A stretch of DNA of 26,323 nt from an uncultured Methylophilaceae bacterium (GTDB lineage Bacteria; Pseudomonadota; Gammaproteobacteria; Burkholderiales; Methylophilaceae), in contig CAYXMC010000002.1 in assembly GCA_964466095.1 (NCBI GenBank), positions 1 through 26,323 of the forward strand, read 5' to 3'. Under the pieces are notes generated by a model. That model searched no databases. It was given only the letters and a program-made list of their open reading frames with translations, and had not been told where the DNA came from. Shown here one piece after another: positions 16,003-24,278 of the stretch. The stretch's first letter is position 1; each line of letters opens with the position of its first letter. Both the position numbers and the translations under genes were made by a program.

Positions 16003-17606
16003 TTTTGCGCGATCTTGTTGAGCTGCAGGGAAAATACACTACCGCTTTCTGCTGCAACATATTTGAGGGTGGCGCCGTTAGCTTCGCATAATTCTCTGGC
16101 GATATATAGCCCTAAGCCGGTGCCTGTGGATTCAGTGGTAAAGAATGGTTCAAACAAGTGCTGTCGTATTTCGATGGGTATGCCCGGGCCGTCATCTACT
16201 ACCTCGACTTGTATGTTGCTTGAGTCTGCTACAGCAACAACGCGTACGTTCAGGCTGTTTGCTGTATGTTTGCTGTGGCGCCAGCCATTGCGGCAAAGGT
16301 TCCACAGTATCTGGTGCAAATGGCGTTTGTCGAAGCTGATGTGGAGTGGGGTACTCCCGTTCTGCAGGCGAAAACCATCGTAAGTCACTTTTTCTGTCTG
16401 GCAGAACTGCTCGTGAAATTCATCCAAGAATTCGCAAAGGTCGATGGTTTCCTGATTCGTACGATCACGTCGGTTTAATTCAAGAATATCTTTTACCATC
16501 TGGTCCATGCGTTGCACGTTATCGGAGATGATTTGAAACATGCGTCGAGATGAGGCATCTTGATGGTCATCTTCTTGTAGCAACTGGTTGGCGTGGCTGA
16601 TTGCACTGAGCGGATTACGAATCTCATGGGCAATATTGGCTGTGAGTCTGCCCAGTGCGGCCAGTTTTATTTGCTGGGCTTGTATCTGCATCTGGCTCCA
16701 GTCTTCAATAAAGATAACAGCTCCTTGCTTACGGTCTGTGCCTACCGGCATAAAGCGTAGTCTCAATTCACGATCCCGCCAGTTAAATTTTTGTGCATTC
16801 CTCGTACTGGTGAAGGTGTTTTCCACCCAATCTCTCATGAGTTGGGCAAGCTCTGGTGCGCATTCATCAAGCGTCTTGCCATACCAGGCTTTTTTGCCCA
16901 GATAGAGCAGACCTTCTGCCTGCACATTGTGGTGGCGCACCGTGTAATCTTTGTCTACAACGAGCACACCATCTTGCATTTCCTGTGTGATAAGCGCATT
17001 CACCTGCTCAAGGTTTTCAAGGTCCACTTCACGCTGGGTTGCCAGTGCCTCGCTTTGCAGAGTGCGCTTGGCAAAGCTATGCGCTAGCCAGGCGGTGGCA
17101 AAGCAGCTCAGGCAGAGCATCACGGCATGGGTGTAATCGTCGTAATGTTCTTGCCAGGAAACCAACTGGTAAGATTGCTCCAGCAATAGTGCGATGCTGG
17201 CCAGTGCAGCATAGAACAGGGCCAGGCGTCCTTGGCTAATAAGGCTGGCGGCTGCGATTGCTACCACCAGCAAAACGCCTATGCCGCTTTTGATTCCTCC
17301 TGCCGAGTACATGAGGGCAACGATGAAAACGATATCAGTAGAAGTTTGCTGAGTGACCTGTCGGTCAAAATCAGGCCAGCGCAACCAGGTAGTGCTTGTT
17401 GCGAGAAGGCTGAATATCAGATAACCGATAGCCAGCTTGAAATAGAGCGGGGCGTTGTAGTTTTCCCAAACAGGCTGCTCCCTGAATGCGAAATAAGAAA
17501 AGATGAAGATGACAGTGAGGCTAATCCGGTAGAGATTGTAATAGCCCATGGAGCGCCAGTAGGTGGCGCTGGCTGGCTGAAGGCTGATACCGGGGTTGTC
17601 AGTCAT
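15999..17606 (-). CDS. pilS: Sensor histidine kinase, PilS-like
   Basis: Multi-TM N-terminus (YNLYRI..., GIKSGIG.LL), PAS-like region, H-box AHEIRNPL, N-box QILWNLCRN, DDGPGI, LFEPFFTT, GTGLGL. Alternative start at 17627. Confidence 0.85.
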   Translation of the reverse strand: MTDNPGISLQPASATYWRSMGYYNLYRISLTVIFIFSYFAFREQPVWENYNAPLYFKLAIGYLIFSLLATSTTWLRWPDFDRQVTQQTSTDIVFIVALMYSAGGIKSGIGVLLVVAIAAASLISQGRLALFYAALASIALLLEQSYQLVSWQEHYDDYTHAVMLCLSCFATAWLAHSFAKRTLQSEALATQREVDLENLEQVNALITQEMQDGVLVVDKDYTVRHHNVQAEGLLYLGKKAWYGKTLDECAPELAQLMRDWVENTFTSTRNAQKFNWRDRELRLRFMPVGTDRKQGAVIFIEDWSQMQIQAQQIKLAALGRLTANIAHEIRNPLSAISHANQLLQEDDHQDASSRRMFQIISDNVQRMDQMVKDILELNRRDRTNQETIDLCEFLDEFHEQFCQTEKVTYDGFRLQNGSTPLHISFDKRHLHQILWNLCRNGWRHSKHTANSLNVRVVAVADSSNIQVEVVDDGPGIPIEIRQHLFEPFFTTESTGTGLGLYIARELCEANGATLKYVAAESGSVFSLQLNKIAQK

Positions 17607-17811
17607 GCTGCTTGCTGTGTTCTTCACAGCAGAAATATTGCTGGTTTACCAGCAGACTCTCACTTTTGGGCAAATGCACGCCACAGTGTTGGCAACGCAC
17701 CATGTCTTCGTTTTGGGGTTTGGCTTGCGGTGCTTGCAGGCTTTTGTTGTAGCGCTTGATGATGGTGATGATTAACCAGACACCGATTGCCAGTAAGATG
17801 ATTTTTCCCAT
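17599..17811 (-). CDS. PP0621 family small membrane-anchored zinc-finger protein
   Basis: N-terminal TM then MVRCQHCGVHLP..ES.......FCCEEH; overlaps the pilS start. Confidence 0.8.
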   Translation of the reverse strand: MGKIILLAIGVWLIITIIKRYNKSLQAPQAKPQNEDMVRCQHCGVHLPKSESLLVNQQYFCCEEHSKQHD

Positions 17812-17843
17812 AAGCCTGTGCGTAAAGAGAGTTGTTGTGAATG

Positions 17844-17872
17844 ATTGTAACGAAAAGCCGTTCTTTGAACAA
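17844..17872 (-). promoter_or_regulatory. Candidate sigma70 promoter for PP0621-pilS-pilR
   Basis: Minus strand TTGTTC (17872-17867), 17-nt spacer, TACAAT (17849-17844), about 30 nt before the ATG at 17811. Confidence 0.45.
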
Positions 17873-17881
17873 AATCAAACC

Positions 17882-17890
17882 TGATATACT
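17882..17890 (+). promoter_or_regulatory. Candidate extended -10 promoter for the ECF operon
   Basis: TGaTATACT (TGn plus near-consensus -10), about 53 nt upstream of the sigma ATG. Confidence 0.45.
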
Positions 17891-17943
17891 CGAAACGAGC
17901 AGGAGCGTGAATCCCACGGTCCTTGCCCAAATAACTTAAAGAT

Positions 17944-18519
17944 ATGGCAACTGCACAGGAACTTTCTGATTTTCTCGCTCAAACTGAGCGCCGCGCATTC
18001 AAGCAGACCGTGTATGCCGTGCGTGATGAGCAGGCCGCCCTGGATATTGTGCAGGATGCCATGCTCAAATTGGCACAAAGCTATGCAGCCAAACCTGTGG
18101 CTGAGTATCCCATGCTGTTTCAGCGCATATTGCAAAATGCCATGCGTGATTATTGGCGTCGGCAGAAAGTGCGCAATCTGTGGACTACCTTGCTATCCTC
18201 ATTTGGTGGCAGTGAGGAAGATGACGATGAGCGTGACCCGCTGGAGACTTTGTCAGCCGGGGATGCGAACGAGGAGCCAGATGCACAGCTTGAGCGTAGC
18301 CAAACCATTGCTATAATTGAACAGGCTTTAGAAAAATTACCGGCACGTCAACGCGAGGCATTCATGCTGCGTTACTGGGAGGATATGGATGTAGCCGAAA
18401 CTGCTATGGTCATGGGTTGCTCCGAGGGGAGTGTCAAAACCCATTGCTCACGTGCAGTCCACAGTCTGGCCGCAATGCTTGAAAAGCGCGGTTTGCGAAC
18501 TGTCGGAGTCAAATCATGA
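17944..18519 (+). CDS. ECF RNA polymerase sigma factor
   Basis: Region 2 AALDIVQDAMLKL / LFQRILQNAMRDYWRR; region 4 LPARQREAFMLRYWEDMDVAETA..MGCSEGSVKTHCSRA. Confidence 0.93.
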   Translation: MATAQELSDFLAQTERRAFKQTVYAVRDEQAALDIVQDAMLKLAQSYAAKPVAEYPMLFQRILQNAMRDYWRRQKVRNLWTTLLSSFGGSEEDDDERDPLETLSAGDANEEPDAQLERSQTIAIIEQALEKLPARQREAFMLRYWEDMDVAETAMVMGCSEGSVKTHCSRAVHSLAAMLEKRGLRTVGVKS

Positions 18520-18893
18520 AAAAAGATCAGGATATCATCGCAAAAGAAATCATCAGCCTACTGGACGAAAGCGCCCAGGGAATTGATTCGTCTGTTGCTG
18601 CCAGACTGAGTGGAGCACGTCGTCTGGCGGTGGCTAGGATGCAGCAGGCTCAGTCGGTCGCTGGTCATGGCGGATTGACCCATCTGATGAATGAATTCAT
18701 GCACCAGCATCGTGTGCTGGTGTCTGCTGGTTTGCTATGCAGTGCTATTTTGGTGGCTTTTGTTGTGACACAGCAGTTTTCCCAAGATGCACTGGAGCAA
18801 AGCGATGCATTTCTGCTCGGTTCAGAGCTGCCCCCCGAGGCTTTTCTTGATAAAGGTTTTGATACATGGGTAGAACAAAGCTCGGAGCACTGA
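18516..18893 (+). CDS. DUF3619 family single-TM protein, putative anti-sigma factor
   Basis: ARLSGARRLAV N-terminal helix, one TM, C-terminal DAFLLGSELPPEAFLDKGFDTW; ATGA overlap with the sigma gene. Confidence 0.8.
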   Translation: MKKDQDIIAKEIISLLDESAQGIDSSVAARLSGARRLAVARMQQAQSVAGHGGLTHLMNEFMHQHRVLVSAGLLCSAILVAFVVTQQFSQDALEQSDAFLLGSELPPEAFLDKGFDTWVEQSSEH

Positions 18894-19312
18894 TTCTGCT
18901 GGTAGCCGTGGCAAGTGGTTTTGCCTATGCTGAAGAAAAATCAATGGCTGATCCCAAGTGGTCACAATTGACAGAAGAGCAACACAAGGTGCTTGCACCG
19001 TTGGCGGAAGAATGGGATACGCTGCGTCCATGGCAACGTGAAAAGATGCTGGATATTGCTCGTGATTACGGCAAGATGAGTCCTGAGCGCCAGCAACGGG
19101 TGCAAAAAAGACTTTCCAACTGGAGTCGCATGACACCTTTTGAGCGTGAGAATGCGCGCAAGAAATATCAGCAGTTCCAAGCGATGAGCCCCGAAAAGAA
19201 AGAAGCGCTACGCAAGAAGTGGAACGAATATCAGCAGATGCCTCAAGAGCAGCGTGCTGCTTTGCGTAAGGAACATCCTGAGCTTTACGGCTCCGACGAT
19301 CTCGATAACTAA
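18866..19312 (+). CDS. DUF3106 family secreted helical-repeat protein
   Basis: Signal peptide ending GFAYA|E; W..L...Q...LAPLA.EW..L pattern; six 18-aa repeats. Confidence 0.8.
   Translation: MGRTKLGALILLVAVASGFAYAEEKSMADPKWSQLTEEQHKVLAPLAEEWDTLRPWQREKMLDIARDYGKMSPERQQRVQKRLSNWSRMTPFERENARKKYQQFQAMSPEKKEALRKKWNEYQQMPQEQRAALRKEHPELYGSDDLDN
18959..19282 (+). repeat. Six tandem 18-aa (54-nt) degenerate repeats within DUF3106
   Basis: WSQLTEEQHKVLAPLAEE / WDTLRPWQREKMLDIARD / YGKMSPERQQRVQKRLSN / WSRMTPFERENARKKYQQ / FQAMSPEKKEALRKKWNE / YQQMPQEQRAALRKEHPE. Confidence 0.85.
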
Positions 19313-19318
19313 GCTATT

Positions 19319-19756
19319 TTGCTATCCTCTGAAAACTTGCCTAACGCCAGCTTGCTGAAACGATTTGCCAGCATGCTTTATGAAAGTATGCTGGTCATTG
19401 CCATCCTGGCCCTGGCTACTTTTTTGTTCCGTCTTGGCTTTGGTGATGCCACCGAGGGTATGAAGCGTCACGTCTTGCAGCTTTATTTGTGGCTGACTAC
19501 TGCGATTTACTTTATCTGGTGCTGGTTGCGTGGTGGCCAGACTTTGGCCATGCAAACTTGGCGTATCCGGCTATTGCATATCTCTGGTCAGCCTTTGAGC
19601 TTGTCGCTTGCAGTAGAGCGTTATGTGCTGGCAAGCATTGGCCTGATGTTCTTTGCAGCAGGTTTTCTGTGGGCGTTTTTTGACCGAGACGGCCAATTCC
19701 TGCATGACAGACTGACCGGTTGCCGTATTGTGCAGGAGCCGAGACCGGCCCCCTGA
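19319..19756 (+). CDS. RDD family membrane protein
   Basis: ASLLKRFASMLYES, GGQTLAMQTWRIRL, DRDGQFLHDRLTG; TTG start 6 nt after DUF3106. Confidence 0.85.
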   Translation: MLSSENLPNASLLKRFASMLYESMLVIAILALATFLFRLGFGDATEGMKRHVLQLYLWLTTAIYFIWCWLRGGQTLAMQTWRIRLLHISGQPLSLSLAVERYVLASIGLMFFAAGFLWAFFDRDGQFLHDRLTGCRIVQEPRPAP

Positions 19757-19759
19757 TAC

Positions 19760-20830
19760 CTATCGCCGTTCTATCCAGAACAGCATGAACAACCCTGCCA
19801 TCAGAAACAGCAGTGTAGGTACTACCGCACTGAACAAGGCAGACCAGTCATTCAGTAAGCCAAGGTGTACGAATACCCGGTTCAATACCTGATAGACGAT
19901 ACCGAGCATGATGCCAGCAAATATTTTGGCACTGGTGCCGCTGGAACGTTGCTGCAAAAAGCCGAATGGCAAAGCCAGCACGATCATCACCATACATGCA
20001 ACCGGATAAATCATTTTTGACCAAAGTGCGATCTCGTGACGGGAGGTTTTTTGCTTGTTGGCACTCAGGTGGCGGATAAAGAAGTAGAGATTCCAGGCCG
20101 ACATTTTTTCTGGCACTACCAGCAACACATTCAGCAGCTCTGGTCTTATCAGAGATTGCCAGTTGGCCTGAGGGAAAAAGTTGGAGCGTATCTTGTTATC
20201 TTCAAACAGCGTTTGTGTGACGCTGTGCAGGTTCCAACTCTTGCCTTCAAAACTGCCGCTTTTAGCATTGCTGATCGAGCGCAGACGAAAGTCTGGATCG
20301 AATTCATAAATGTGGATATTGAGCAGACCGGTGTCTGGTAGTACGTCCTCAACATTGACAAAGCTATTGCCGTCTTTAACCCAAAGGCCGGAGCGGAAAT
20401 CCTGAGCAACCACCGAGTCGGTGGCCTTGATGCGTATACGCTGGGCAGTCTTTTCGGTGTAGGGTGCTACCAGTTCTCCGACAAGAAACGTTACGACGGC
20501 AAAGATCAGTCCTACCCGCAGTAGTGCCATCGCAATTTTGTAGATTGATACGCCGCTGACACGCAGCACGATGAGCTCGGAATGGCGCGAGAACTGACTG
20601 AGGGCATACATGGTGCCGACCAGCACTGCGACCGGCACTACCTCATAGACATGACCAGGGGCGCTTAGAATGACGAAAAGCAAGACCTTGCCTATGCCAT
20701 AACTACCTTTGCCTATTCGCTCTAACTCCTGTATCAAGTCGAAGAAAGAGAACATTGCCAGCAGCGCCAGCATGATCAGCATGATGCTGGAGACGACTTC
20801 CTCGGCAAGGTAGCGGTTGAGTATCCTCAT
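19760..20830 (-). CDS. lptG: LPS export ABC transporter permease LptG
   Basis: MRILNRYLAEEV, SELIVLRVSGVS, GELVAP, GLWVKDGNSFVNV, YEIALW-like HEIALWSKMIYP; true start 20830 (ATGA overlap with lptF). Confidence 0.93.
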   Translation of the reverse strand: MRILNRYLAEEVVSSIMLIMLALLAMFSFFDLIQELERIGKGSYGIGKVLLFVILSAPGHVYEVVPVAVLVGTMYALSQFSRHSELIVLRVSGVSIYKIAMALLRVGLIFAVVTFLVGELVAPYTEKTAQRIRIKATDSVVAQDFRSGLWVKDGNSFVNVEDVLPDTGLLNIHIYEFDPDFRLRSISNAKSGSFEGKSWNLHSVTQTLFEDNKIRSNFFPQANWQSLIRPELLNVLLVVPEKMSAWNLYFFIRHLSANKQKTSRHEIALWSKMIYPVACMVMIVLALPFGFLQQRSSGTSAKIFAGIMLGIVYQVLNRVFVHLGLLNDWSALFSAVVPTLLFLMAGLFMLFWIERR

Positions 20831-21912
20831 TTGAACCACAACCTTGGTATCAGCGGCAATTGGAAAATGCGGCGATAGAACATGTAGATGGTTAACAGCA
20901 GGAAGAATGCATGTACCGGCCACAGACCAATAAACGGCGTGATCTTGCCTTGGGTCAGCCAGGCTTGCATGATGCTGAGAAGATTGTTGTAGATAACATA
21001 GATCATTAGCGCCATCATCAGGTTGGCAGAGCGGCCTGAGCGTGGATCTACAAAGCTCAAGGGAATGGCCAGCAAGACCAAGATAAAAGCCGAGATTGGA
21101 GTGGCCAGTCTCCATTGGATCTCGGCAATGTTGTCCAGACTATGGTTTTGCAGTAGTTCCAGACTGGCTCGCGACTGGGTGCTTGGGGGTTCTTCCTTGA
21201 CTTCGGCAGGTTCGATACGAATGGCGTAGCGCTCAAATTCAGTTGTTGAGAACTCAGGTGTGTTGGGTTTGCCTTCATAACGGCGACCATTTTCCATGAC
21301 TAGAAAACTGTCACCGTTTTCTTCGGAAACTCGGTGCCCCTTGGCTGCGACTACAATACCCAGACGTTTGTGTTGTATCGATTGTACAAAGATGTTTTTG
21401 ACAACATTGCCTAGCTGGTCAAAGCTTTCCACAAAGAATACGCGGTCAGCATGGCTTGATTCCTTAAAGACTCCAGGGCTGATCGATGCCAGTTCATCGC
21501 GGGCTTTGAGCTGGTTTTTGAAGTCAGCGCCTTTGTGGGTAGCCCAAGGGGTAACAAACAAGCTTAGGAAGGCAATCACCACAATCACAGGCAATGAGAA
21601 TGACAGCACAGGTTTGACCCAGCCGGCGATTCCCAGACCCGAGCTGAACCAGACCACCATCTCACTATCACGATGCCAGCGCGTGAGTGTTAGCAAGACG
21701 GCCAGAAATATCGTCAAAGAAAGTAGCATGGGCAGGAACCTGAGCATGCTGAAACCCAACAAAGTATTAATCGCATCGCTGGCAAGGCTGCCCTTTGCGG
21801 CTACGCCAATGTAATAGGCTACGCGCTGGGCAATAACAATTCCGACCAGAATCAGGAACGCGCCACCGGCGGTGCTGACCAGTTCGTGTTTGAGCGAGCG
21901 AGTAAATAACAT
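20827..21912 (-). CDS. lptF: LPS export ABC transporter permease LptF
   Basis: MLFTRSLKHEL, RWHRDSEMVVWFSSG, LFVTPW, PGVFKE, AEIQWRLATP, PRSGRSANL; true start ATG 21912. Confidence 0.93.
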   Translation of the reverse strand: MLFTRSLKHELVSTAGGAFLILVGIVIAQRVAYYIGVAAKGSLASDAINTLLGFSMLRFLPMLLSLTIFLAVLLTLTRWHRDSEMVVWFSSGLGIAGWVKPVLSFSLPVIVVIAFLSLFVTPWATHKGADFKNQLKARDELASISPGVFKESSHADRVFFVESFDQLGNVVKNIFVQSIQHKRLGIVVAAKGHRVSEENGDSFLVMENGRRYEGKPNTPEFSTTEFERYAIRIEPAEVKEEPPSTQSRASLELLQNHSLDNIAEIQWRLATPISAFILVLLAIPLSFVDPRSGRSANLMMALMIYVIYNNLLSIMQAWLTQGKITPFIGLWPVHAFFLLLTIYMFYRRIFQLPLIPRLWFK

Positions 21913-21930
21913 GTGAGTCGGTTTAGTGTT

Positions 21931-21958
21931 TTGACAAGGGCCGAAAACGAAGGATAAT
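21931..21958 (+). promoter_or_regulatory. Sigma70 promoter of pepA-holC
   Basis: Perfect TTGACA (21931-21936), 16-nt spacer, GATAAT (21953-21958); AAGGA Shine-Dalgarno 8 nt before ATG 21989. Confidence 0.65.
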
Positions 21959-21988
21959 TCAGAAAGATTAATCGAAAGGATGTATTGC

Positions 21989-23485
21989 ATGGAATTTAGC
22001 ATAAAAAGCACTAGTCCGGAAAAACAACGTAAGGATTGTGTTGTGGTTGGCGTTTTTGATACACGCAAGTTGTCTGATGCTGCAGCGGCGCTGGATAAGG
22101 CATCTGATGGTTACCTGACTACAGTGCTGCGTCGTGGTGATCTCGATGGCAAGCTGGGTTCCACTTTGTTGCTGCATAGCGTGCCGGGGACCCTGGCTGA
22201 ACGTGTTCTGCTGGTAGGCTTGGGCAAACAGGCTGAGTTTGGCGAAAAGGAATATCGTCAGGCTGTGCGTGCATCTATCAAGGCTTTGTCCGTCGGCAGT
22301 GTGAATGATATTGCTAGTTTCTTGGCTGAACTGCCGGTGAAAAAGCGTGATGCAGCATGGAAGCTGGCACACTTTGCCGAAGTGGCTCTGGATGTGACCT
22401 ATCGTTTTGAGCAGATGAAAGGCAAAAAAGACAAGCAGGACAAACCTAAAGCTGTTTCCAAGGTACTGGTCAGCTTACCCAAGCCAGAGCTTGCTGCTGG
22501 TGAGACAGGACTCAAGCAGGGTCTGGCGATTGCATCAGGTGTGCGTTTTGCCAAAGACCTTGGCAACCTGCCGCCTAATGTGTGCACACCTACCTATCTT
22601 GCAGAACAAGCTCAGGCATTGACCAAAACACATGGTTTAAAAGTACAGGTACTTGAACGTGCCGAGATGCAAAAACTGGGCATGGGTTCTTTCCTTGGTG
22701 TTTCACAGGGTAGCCATCAGCCACCCAAGCTGATTGTGATTCAGCATCACAAGGGCAAGAAGAACCAGAAGCCAGTGGTGCTGGTCGGTAAGGGCATCAC
22801 TTTCGATACCGGCGGGATTTCTCTCAAACCCGGTGCAGATATGGATGAAATGAAGTACGACATGTGTGGCGCGGCTAGTGTGTTGGGCACTATGAAAAGT
22901 GTTGCTGAGCTTGACCTACCCATGAATGTGATCGGTATCGTACCGACCTGTGAAAATATGCCAGATGGCAATGCCATACGTCCAGGCGATGTGCTGACCA
23001 GCATGTCCGGTCAGACGATTGAGGTATTAAATACCGATGCTGAAGGTCGCCTTATTCTGTGTGATGCCCTGACTTATGCCGAGCGTTTTGAACCTGCTGC
23101 CGTAGTGGATGTAGCTACCTTGACCGGAGCCTGCGTGATTGCACTGGGTCATCATGCCAGTGGTCTCTTCAGCAACAAGGATGCGTTGGCCAAGGAGTTG
23201 TTGCAGGCGGGTGAAGAGGCTTTGGATCGTGCCTGGCATATGCCGATGTGGGATGATTATCAAGGCCAGTTGGACAGCAATTTTGCTGATATGGCAAATA
23301 TCGGTGGTCGTGCTGGTGGCAGTATTACGGCTGCCTGTTTCCTCTCCCGTTTTGCCAAGAAATATGATTGGGCGCATCTGGATATCGCCGGGACAGCCTG
23401 GAAGTCAGGTAAGGAGAAAGGCTCAACGGGGCGCCCGGTGCCATTGTTGACACAATTTGTCATGCAGCGCGCGGAAAAAGCCTGA
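21989..23485 (+). CDS. pepA: Leucyl aminopeptidase (M17)
   Basis: KDLGNLPPN, GKGITFDTGG, MKYDMCGA, NTDAEGRL, DVATLTGA, WAHLDIAGT; divergent from lptF as in many Proteobacteria. Confidence 0.96.
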   Translation: MEFSIKSTSPEKQRKDCVVVGVFDTRKLSDAAAALDKASDGYLTTVLRRGDLDGKLGSTLLLHSVPGTLAERVLLVGLGKQAEFGEKEYRQAVRASIKALSVGSVNDIASFLAELPVKKRDAAWKLAHFAEVALDVTYRFEQMKGKKDKQDKPKAVSKVLVSLPKPELAAGETGLKQGLAIASGVRFAKDLGNLPPNVCTPTYLAEQAQALTKTHGLKVQVLERAEMQKLGMGSFLGVSQGSHQPPKLIVIQHHKGKKNQKPVVLVGKGITFDTGGISLKPGADMDEMKYDMCGAASVLGTMKSVAELDLPMNVIGIVPTCENMPDGNAIRPGDVLTSMSGQTIEVLNTDAEGRLILCDALTYAERFEPAAVVDVATLTGACVIALGHHASGLFSNKDALAKELLQAGEEALDRAWHMPMWDDYQGQLDSNFADMANIGGRAGGSITAACFLSRFAKKYDWAHLDIAGTAWKSGKEKGSTGRPVPLLTQFVMQRAEKA

Positions 23486-23493
23486 TTACGCAA

Positions 23494-23922
23494 ATGACGC
23501 GCGTCGAGTTTTTTTTCAATGTAGAGAACAAGCCGGCAAGAATTGCCAGTCTCGCAGAGAGCGCCTGCAAAAAAGGCCGCAAGCTGATGGTGTTTGCGCC
23601 GGATGCCTCTACCGCTAGCTCGCTGGAGCGCTATCTGTGGACATATCCACCTATAGGCTTTCTGCCTAATTGCAATCCACAAAATCGTTATGCAGAGCAG
23701 ACACCGATTATTGTCGATTGGCAGGGAAGCAAACTGATTCATGATGATGTGCTGATCAATTTACAGACTCAGTATCCACCGTTCTTCAGCCGCTTCCGCC
23801 GTCTAATTGAGATCGTGGGGGTGGATGAGGCTGACAAGGCTGATGCCAGAATTCGCTACCGCTTTTATCGTGACCGTGGTTATGAAATCCGGTCGTTTGA
23901 TGCTAATGGAGCCAGTTTATGA
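23494..23922 (+). CDS. holC: DNA polymerase III chi subunit
   Basis: MTRVEFF, LERYLW, FLP, LINL, FSRFRRLIEIVG, ARIRYRFYRDRGY; follows pepA. Confidence 0.93.
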   Translation: MTRVEFFFNVENKPARIASLAESACKKGRKLMVFAPDASTASSLERYLWTYPPIGFLPNCNPQNRYAEQTPIIVDWQGSKLIHDDVLINLQTQYPPFFSRFRRLIEIVGVDEADKADARIRYRFYRDRGYEIRSFDANGASL

Positions 23923-24278
23923 GTCAGGATGCCTCACCCAAGGATAATCTGGCACAGGTGCTCAACCGAATTAATACGCTCACCAAGCATCAGGAGTCCA
24001 GCGATATCCCGGTGCTGACTGAAGTATTTGATGGCGAACCTACCTTGTTGGCTGAGGCCTCCGAGATTCCGGTGCTGAACGAGATTGCCGATCTGGAGAT
24101 GCTGGCTCCTCCCATGCTGAACGCAGATGTCCTGCTTGCAGAAATGATGCCGGTGATTCAGGCGGCGGTTAGGTCTGCTATCAAGGCAGAGCTGGCCGGG
24201 ATTGAGAGTACTCTGGCCAGCAAACTTGAAAAAGAGTTGCTGGAAGTCCTGAAACAGCGCTTAGGCGCTGCCCAGTAG
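23919..24278 (+). CDS. Hypothetical acidic protein with repeated IPVLxE motif (DUF2486-like position after holC)
   Basis: ATGA overlap with holC; IPVLTEV and IPVLNEI motifs; helical N- and C-termini. Confidence 0.75.
   Translation: MSQDASPKDNLAQVLNRINTLTKHQESSDIPVLTEVFDGEPTLLAEASEIPVLNEIADLEMLAPPMLNADVLLAEMMPVIQAAVRSAIKAELAGIESTLASKLEKELLEVLKQRLGAAQ

Noticed and set aside
17901-17939. Possible uORF GTG-NPTVLAQIT-TAA after AGGAG, upstream of the ECF sigma
   Set aside because: The Shine-Dalgarno sits only 1 nt from the GTG, too close for initiation.
14644-17943. Sigma54 (-24/-12) target promoter for PilR
   Set aside because: No TGGCAC-N5-TTGC match in the intergenic regions; pilin targets are presumably elsewhere.
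20831-22068. Long N-terminal extensions of lptG (to 21115) and lptF (to 22068), and similar ones for DUF2726, ampD, gcvH and pepA
   Set aside because: They overlap neighbouring genes; internal ATGs match family N-termini, ATGA overlaps or Shine-Dalgarno spacing better.
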